60,000 bases of DNA from Felis catus. Taxonomy: Eukaryota. Position numbers and translations under genes: made by a program. Positions 53,058-60,000 of the stretch are shown in pieces; position 1 is the stretch's first letter; each line of letters opens with the position of its first letter. The stretch covers positions 226,302,001-226,362,000 of the forward strand of contig NC_058368.1 in NCBI RefSeq assembly GCF_018350175.1, in the 5' to 3' direction. The notes beneath the pieces were generated by a model. The model had not been told where the DNA came from and ran no database searches. It was given only the letters and a program-made list of their open reading frames with translations.

Positions 53058-53453
53058 TGTTAATGGTGACAGTTAATTTTATGTGTCAACGTGAGTAGAT
53101 GACAAGGTGCCGAGACACGTGGCTAAACGTTTCTGGGGGCACCTGTGAACCCGTTTCTGGGTAACATTAACATCTGAATCAGTGGACTCAGTAAGGCAGA
53201 CTGCCCTCCTCAGTGTGGATGGGCATCATGCAATCTGTTGAGGGCCTGAACAGGCCAAAAGGTGGAGGAATGGAGAATTCTTTCTCTGCTTTCACTGTTG
53301 GAACTGACACATGGGTCTTCTGCTTTCAAGCTGAGACTTATACCATCAGCAGTCCTGGTTCTGAGGCTTGTGGACTTGGACTGAACTGCATTTCCAGTTC
53401 TCCTGGGTTCCCAGCTTGCAGATGGCAGATAGATCTCTTTGCGCGTGCTTGTG

Positions 53454-53494
<41 letters not shown>

Positions 53495-53525
53495 TCTGTT
53501 TCTCTGAAGAACCCAGACTAAATAT
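53058..53525 (+). mobile_element. MLT2-type ERVL solo LTR with internal (CA)n
   Basis: gttaatttttatgtgtcaac...gcagactgccctcc...gtggatgggcatcatgcaatctgttgagggcctgaa...ctgtttctctgaagaacccagactaa. Confidence 0.82.
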
Positions 53526-54994
53526 TAATACAAGGTAATATGTGATCATGACAAAACCCTACAGCTAGCTATAGTCAGTTTCATTGACTTGAAAAGATAG
53601 CTTTTAAAGTGGGCGCACTAGGTTCAAGGAAGGCAGTCTCACATCCTCTGGGGGAATTAAGCTCTAGATCAGGGATGAATCTTGCCAAGTCAAGTTTACT
53701 GCCAACGAGAAGGTCAACTTGAAAACCAAAGGGAACAAGGCATAGGGAAATTACCTCTGGCAGCCCTCTGGCTTCTCCCAGTATCAACATAATGTTGCCG
53801 GATTCCCTCAAAACTGGAGGGCACCATTTGGACACCCCCACCCCCACCCCCTAGCTGGAATTCTGTGCTCTTAACTTGGTGAGTTAGAGATTCCCTTGTG
53901 TATATAATCGCCACATAGATCACAGGGGGTCACAGAGAGGGCATGTGAGAAAGCCACAAATATATTAGGCCCTGCAAATTAGGGTGATACAGAAGGCGGG
54001 CATCATGGCTTTCGTAATGGTTAGTCAAAAGGGCGAAGCAGGGTCCACTCACTCAGTTAGAAGCCCAGGAATTTCCATTCCCAAAGTAGTTTCCACATTT
54101 CTAAATTTCCAAAGGACTCCAAAAGAGAGGGCACAATTTGCAGCCTGGATGAAGGGTGCGTGGGAACTCCTTTAACAAAGATGGGGATTCCAAAAACAAG
54201 GCCTTCTCTAATCTGATTTTCGAAAAGAAAAGGAAACGAGGCTCTGAAAACCAGGCTCACAATGTTCAGCATCTTAGCATGTTAAAGAAGCCAATTCCTC
54301 ACTTTTTTTTTTCTTTTAACTGAAGAGGAAACACATCGAGAGAAAGCTGTGAACTGTCCCAAATCACAGAGTTTTGAAACCAGTCTCCATCACATCACAA
54401 TGCGTTCCCTTTCCAGAATTCCTTGGAGGAAAAGTGTAAGAAAACCTCTTTGTTTCCTGCCTCTTTATGCCCGCAGCTGCTCATGACTAACCGAACGTAC
54501 GGTTACTATGGTTTTGTCCTGAAGCCAGCTGAAGGAGGGGAGAAACGAGTTGCTTCCCAGCAAGGGAAAGAATCTGCGAAACATAATTGACTGTCATCTG
54601 AAATATTTTCAGATGTCGGCCTTTGAAAGAGAGAGCAAGCTCAGAGAGTGGACTTTTCCTTCAGGTTTTGTTGGAGGGTCTCATTTCCCTCAGATGCTTG
54701 TAAATCCCAAGTCCTGTTTATTTGCCTGTCACTGTGGTTTTTACTGCTTGACCCCTCCCCAACCATCCCCGAGGTGGTGGCTCAGGCTGTTCGTTTCTTT
54801 AACTCCCTGATGCATCTTACACATTTCAGCCTCTCCAATGTTGGCCTTTTGACTGGGCAGTGAAGGAGATAAAGAAAGGCTGTCAGTCCAGCTGGATCCT
54901 CGTCTGGCACCAAAGTGTGAGTCTGGGTTTTAATTCTTCCTGCCGGAGAGAGGTTTTCGAGGAAAGCAACCATGCTGGGATTTCCTTTAATTTT

Positions 54995-55214
54995 TTTAAA
55001 AATTTTTTTTTCAACGTTTATTTATTTTTGGGACAGAGAGAGACAGAGCATGAACGGGGGAGGGGCAGAGAGAGAGGGAGACACAGAATCGGAAACAGGC
55101 TCCAGCCTCTGAGCCATCAGCCCAGAGCCTGACGCGGGGCTCGAACACACGGACCGCGAGATCGTGACCTGGCTGAAGTCGGACGCTTAACCGACTGCGC
55201 CACCCAGGCGCCCC
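54995..55214 (-). mobile_element. Young SINEC_Fc with perfect TSD
   Basis: Near consensus. TSD ggatttcctttaatttt at 54978-54994 and 55215-55231. Confidence 0.96.
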
Positions 55215-55631
55215 GGATTTCCTTTAATTTTAAAAAGATCTAAAGGCTTCCCTCGATGGGCCTGATTCTTGCACTACGTAACTGAGAATGCTGCTTAAAA
55301 AATACATATATACAAAATCAACCCAAGGGTGAGGAGAGTGGAGGTGAAATATAAGGAGACACTTGGACAGGATGGATTTTCCCCAGTGTCTGCAAGATGG
55401 CAGGCAATTCTGAGCACAGCCCAGAGCACAGAGTCAGCTCAGACACAGCTTTCTGGCTCAGGGTGGTGTCTAAACTGCCTGTGTCAGAGTTAGTTACTTG
55501 GTTCCCATTTCTGTGGTTGCTCTGACATTAAGTGACAGCCATGGGGAGGAAGGGCGTTATTTAAAAGTCAGACTAACTTAACGGCCAGACAAAACGGTGA
55601 CACTAGTGCCTTTAAGGAGTTGGCATTGTCT

Positions 55632-55863
55632 GGGGTGCCTGGGTGGCTCAGTCGGTGAAGCGTCCGACTTTTAGCTCAGTTCATGATCTCGTAGTTCGTG
55701 GGTTCGAGCCCCGCGTCGGGCTCCGTGCTGACAGCTCGGAGCCTGGAGCCTGCATCAGATTCTGTGTCTCCCTCTCTCTGACCCTCCCCTGCTCACGCTC
55801 TCCTCTCTCCTCTCTCTCAAATAAATAAACATTAAAAACTTTAAAAAAAAAAAAAGAAGAAGA
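55632..55863 (+). mobile_element. Can-SINE with TSD
   Basis: Full length. TSD agttggcattgt at 55618-55629 and 55864-55875. Confidence 0.93.
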
Positions 55864-55999
55864 AGTTGGCATTGTTTGATGAAAGGGAGACCTCTGGCCT
55901 CCTGGGGTCCTGATTACATAGAGACAGTTTCTCCGGAAGACTCAGCCTCCCTGCTGCCCACCCTCCCTCCCTACTGGCTATCAGGGAGGGGACCTCCTC

Positions 56000-57110
56000 C
56001 AGGCAGGGGTGTCCCTCTCCCGCTTGGGGACGGTGCACCGGAGGGCCCCGCCGACGGGAGGTCAGCTGCCGTTTACCTGACACATCCAGGTGCTCCAGGT
56101 TGGGGCACAGGGACACCACGTCGAAGACCGCCTCGTTGGAGATGTTGTAACAGCCCGAGACCTCCAGGCGCCGCAGTTCCGGGCAGCACTGGGCGATCGT
56201 GTAAAGCCCTCGGTCCGTGAGCCGCCTGCAGCCACTGACAGTTACGGTTTCCAGCATGAGACAGACGTTGGGTGTGTCCTGGCAGAGTCTGCGGGTCAGC
56301 ACCTTGAGGGCGCGGTCCACGTTGATGGTCTCGCCCGTCAGGCGGATAGTCCTCCAGAGCCGCGGGTCCCAGGCCAGGTTGTACCAGCGGCGGCACACGC
56401 GCGCGCAGCGGCACAGCTGGTTGGTGGGCAGGAAGGAGAAGATCTGCACCATGGACTGGTCCGGGAGGCGCTCGATGCTGGCCTGCTCCTTCTGGGGTCG
56501 GGAGGCGAGCCGGATGAGCGGGTGGGTGAGGCGGGTCGGGGGCGGGGAGTGGACCATGGCCACCGTCTCCCCGGTGATGGACGACGAGGAGGTGGACGAG
56601 CCCCTTCCATTCTGAAATCCGGGCAGGGTCGGTGGACATATCAGGGCCGGGCTGGGCGTGCTCAGGGTGCGCATGCTCAGGTCGGAGTCTGGCAAAGGAC
56701 AGAGAGCAAAGGGTTAAGGGTGGCGGCCGCGGAGCCCCGGGAAGGAGGCCGACGCCGCCGTCACACGCATTCCACCGGTAACCCTTCCTGGGCATCCTTC
56801 CCCCCGGCTGCATCCATCACCGGAAGCAGCAGCGCGTGCACGTTTCACCCATTCCAGACAAAGGCTAATCCTCCATCACCTCCAGGAGGGGCGGGCAACC
56901 GTTTCCGGGAAGGACCAGGTATGGGCACTGCAGGCCACACGGGAGCTGTCTCTGCTGCCATCAGTCAGCCGCGCCACCGTGGTGCCAAGGCCGCCACAAA
57001 CCGTCCGTAAACAAACGGCGGTGGCCGCTTCAATGACACTTGTTCTATCCAAACAGACCAGCCGGGCTCGTCCCGAGGGCCACGGCTGGCTGACTTCTGA
57101 TCTACGGTCC
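56000..57110. promoter_or_regulatory. CpG-rich region over exon 3 and its upstream intron
   Basis: Dense CpG extending ~400 bp beyond the acceptor (e.g. ggcggccgcggagccccgg at 56722). Confidence 0.6.
56077..56688 (-). CDS. FBXL7: FBXL7 penultimate coding exon (exon 3 in the human gene): Ser/Pro-rich linker, F-box and first LRRs
   Basis: Translation DSDLSMRTLSTPSPALICPP...IERLPDQSMVQIFSFLPTNQLCRCARVCRRWYNLAWDPRLW (F-box)...CPNLEHLDVS matches FBXL7. On the minus strand the acceptor is tttgccag|ACTCCGAC (AG at 56690-56689) and the donor is TCAG|gtaaac (GT at 56076-56075). The exon is 612 bp, phase 1-1. Upstream exons lie beyond the window. Confidence 0.97.
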
Positions 57111-57752
57111 TGGCGGTTATCTCAAGGGCACACCTTCAAAGGTTCATTATTTCTATTCTGGGAAGAAACCTCACATATTATGAACACAAACTCTTTTCCC
57201 TTTTCTAATCACATTTTGGTCAGGCGGATAATGATGTTCCGTTTACAGACGCGGGAACGAGTTTCCGAAGAGAAAGAGATACAGAGAACACTGCTGTCTT
57301 CGCTCTGGCCCGTCCCCTAGTGTCCAGGCCCCCATCTTTTGATAATGGCACCCCAAACTCTGCCAGGGGTCTGAGGATCCACCCACTTCCTCCATTAGAC
57401 CGGCCATTTCAGATGGTATTTCCAGGCCTTGACTACCTGTGGCAATATATGTGTTTCCTTATTCACAACTGTCTTCGGCAGTCCAATGATGTGATTCGTA
57501 TTGCTCCCCGACACCAGAAAAGACCACTTAATGAGGATAAAAGTGGCTTTTAAGCTTTTGAGGGATGAAGAGTTCTTTAGAATACCAATTCAAGAAGCCT
57601 GCTCATTTCATATCCCCACCTTGATAGCTATATCTATATGAAATAATTTAGTTTCTATATAAATATATTTATTTATCATACAGTTTACATACATAGCTGG
57701 ACAGATGTATTTAGGATGACATTTATTCTGTCTCTCTAATGTCTATATATTT

Positions 57753-57775
57753 CACACACGCACGCGCGATCCCAC

Positions 57776-57824
<49 letters not shown>
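57753..57824. repeat. Mixed (CA)n/(CG)n alternating purine-pyrimidine tract
   Basis: cacacacgcacgcgcg...cacacacacgcgcgcgcacacaca... Confidence 0.9.
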
Positions 57825-58419
57825 GAGTATATTCATCCCCAAAGCATGAGTTTCTTATTCTGTAGAATAAATGATATGGGCTAGATGAATTCTAAGGTAT
57901 TTCTAGCTCTAATTCCAGTTCCAAAGACTTAAACAAAAATTCTGTTCTTGTGTGCTTTTCCACATTTCATACTTGGGAATTTTCAAACACCTGTTTTTTT
58001 TTTCAAAGAACTTCCAATAATAACAGAGGACACGGGAACTTCTGACACGGGAATCTCCACTGAGGGTCTGTCTGTAGTTTTCCTACTGGTATCCTTTTTC
58101 TACTGCTATTATGTGTTCTTTCAATTTATTTCTTTATAACCTGACACTGAAAATGTCCTACACGTGCCCATGACTTTGCTCGTGGAGCATCTCCGAATGA
58201 CTGCCTACTTCCTCTCCCCTTGTCTGCCTCTTGCAATACTAAGAACAAATGCTACCTCCTCTAAAAATATTTTCCTAATGTCTTTGAGAAATAATTAATC
58301 CCCTTCCTATTCACATCTCCATCCTTGGTTATTAGGCAGTTGTGAGTTTATCTTTCCCTGATGTGCCTGACTGTATTATTTTTCTCAATGTTGCACCTCT
58401 CTCTACAGCCACACATTTT

Positions 58420-58732
58420 TGCCAGGTGACTCTGCCGTTCCTTCTAGATGCAGTATATTTGCTCCATCCAGTGATGCTGGACTTGGCCACGTGACTTGCT
58501 TTGGCCAGTGAATATGAGGAGATGTGAACATGCCTGGCTAGTCCACCGACCTTAGGGTGGGGAGAGGACCATGGAGAGGACAGAACTGGCTGAAACCTGC
58601 AGCTTAGAGCCACGCTCAACCAAACCCAGCTGGGGGCAGCCGATGCCCAGGTGAACCAGAGATGTGTAAGCTAACCCACTGAGCTTGGGGCGACTTGTTA
58701 CACAGCATTACTGTGGCAGCAGATGACAGATA
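58420..58732 (+). mobile_element. Old MLT1-type LTR
   Basis: ggacttggccacgtgacttgctttggccagtgaat...cttgttacacagcattactgtggcagcagatgac. Confidence 0.6.
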
Positions 58733-59855
58733 TGCCTTCATTACACTAAAAGCTCCTTTGAGACAATGACTGACTCCTTTTCTTACTTGTGTCCTGGAAG
58801 CACCTGACATGGTTTATGGTACACAGTAGCTGCATATGAATGTTCTGAATTGAGAGGAAATACTTAGATGTTCAGAAAACAACGGTTTCTAGCTTGGCAT
58901 GTGCTTCTGTCTCCTAGGTGGTATACATACTGCATTTTAAATCATTCATAAGAAAGGAAGTGTGTACCTCTCTCTTTTGTAATCAGGTAAAATAAACAGT
59001 AAATCCGTAAGGAAAAGTTTGCATGGAAACCAATTAGGGATTTCCAAACTGCCATCCAAGCTACTGTGGTACTAACCTTCGTCATTAGGTGAACTCGGAG
59101 AATTGCCTCCAAAGCCAGCATTTTCCGTAGGCAGGTGAACAGCTTATTTAGGGCCAGGAGGGGAGGTCAGTCTCAGGCTTTCAGCTCTGACGTTTAGCGG
59201 CTACGAGGGCTCTGACATCTCTCTCCTACCTGCCTACATTCTATTCACCTTGAAAGGGAAGCAGTACTCTGCGGAGACCTGCACATCGTGAGTTGGGCCC
59301 CCTGCGGGATGGACATACTCATAGTGGGGGTCGGGGCAGCTTCCTAAACCTGCATCTTTCGCCAATTCACTTTTCTTCGGTTCACACCCCCCACCCCCTG
59401 CACTGAGGGAGAGAATGGGAATGCATCCAGACTGGCCAGCACGGCTGTGCCTTTGGTGACGCGTTCAGGATTTTCTTTGCCAACAACCATACCCGAGCGT
59501 TCCAGAATTCACACTCAGAAATGGAGGGCAGCCTCGCATGTCTGTGAGGAACATCCTGCCCTGGAGGGGACTCAGGAGCAGGCACTAGCTCTCCGTCCTG
59601 CCTTTTCTAGAGCTCCACAGCAGGGTAGGAGTAATTCATGATCGCTTACCCACATGAGGAGACAAGTGGAGGGGGTCCGGGGGATTTCCACCAGGGCAGC
59701 TGGGTGTCTCTTTTGCCAGAATGTACAACAGCATTCTCTGGTTATTTCCTACTTACTCAGATCGAGAACCCTCAGAGACTTTTTGAAAGGATATAATTTG
59801 TCATCATTGAATAAATAACACTTGAGAATTAAATAAATAATAAAGAATAATGAGT

Positions 59856-60000
59856 CATGCTATGGTCTAAATGTTGGTAGCCCTCTCAAGTTCATATGTC
59901 AAAATCCTAACCACCGAGGTGATGGCATGAGGAGGTGGGGCCTTTGGGAAGTGATCGGGTCCCGAGAGTAGAACCCTCACAAATGGGATTAGTGCCCTTA
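59856..60000 (+). mobile_element. MLT1A-type LTR 5' end (runs off the window)
   Basis: tgctatggtctaaatgtt...ttcatatgtcaaaatcctaacc...gtgatggcatgaggaggtggggcctttgggaagtgat. Confidence 0.75.

Larger units (their letters stand above)
47400..56076 (-). other. FBXL7: FBXL7 last intron (8677 bp, GT-AG)
   Basis: Canonical GT donor and AG acceptor with a pyrimidine tract. Splicing preserves the reading frame. Confidence 0.93.

Noticed and set aside
55841..56076. Read-through extension of the 284-aa ORF beyond LEHLDVS
   Set aside because: It lies past a canonical donor (G|gtaaac), has no FBXL7 similarity and ends in a SINE tail, so it is intron sequence.
56073..57010. 306-aa antisense ORF and 246-aa alternative-frame ORF over exon 3
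   Set aside because: These are by-products of GC-rich coding DNA, with non-ATG starts, low complexity and no recognisable domain.

Overview
Mammalian genomic DNA from a felid (cat family), judged from many near-consensus felid-type Can-SINEs (SINEC_Fc). The only protein-coding gene I can support is the 3' half of FBXL7 (F-box/LRR protein 7, an SCF substrate receptor) on the minus strand. It comprises a 612-bp internal coding exon (56077-56688), an 8677-bp intron, and a terminal exon with 737 bp of CDS (46663-47399). The ~2.9-kb 3' UTR probably ends just after an AATAAA at 43780-43785. Positions 1-43.7 kb are downstream intergenic DNA made of Can-SINEs, L1/L2 fragments, MaLR/ERVL LTRs, hAT/Tigger MITEs and microsatellites. 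I found no convincing new multi-gene system. The most unusual signals are: (i) 219 consecutive G/C-ending codons in the last FBXL7 exon; (ii) a perfect 83-bp inverted duplication in an AT-rich intronic patch; (iii) a 35-nt tailless U2 snRNA retrocopy with target-site duplication; (iv) a four-level nested transposon cluster containing two tandem MER3 copies; and (v) SINE insertions in the FBXL7 3' UTR and intron. Repeat family names come from remembered consensus sequences, and old-repeat boundaries are approximate.
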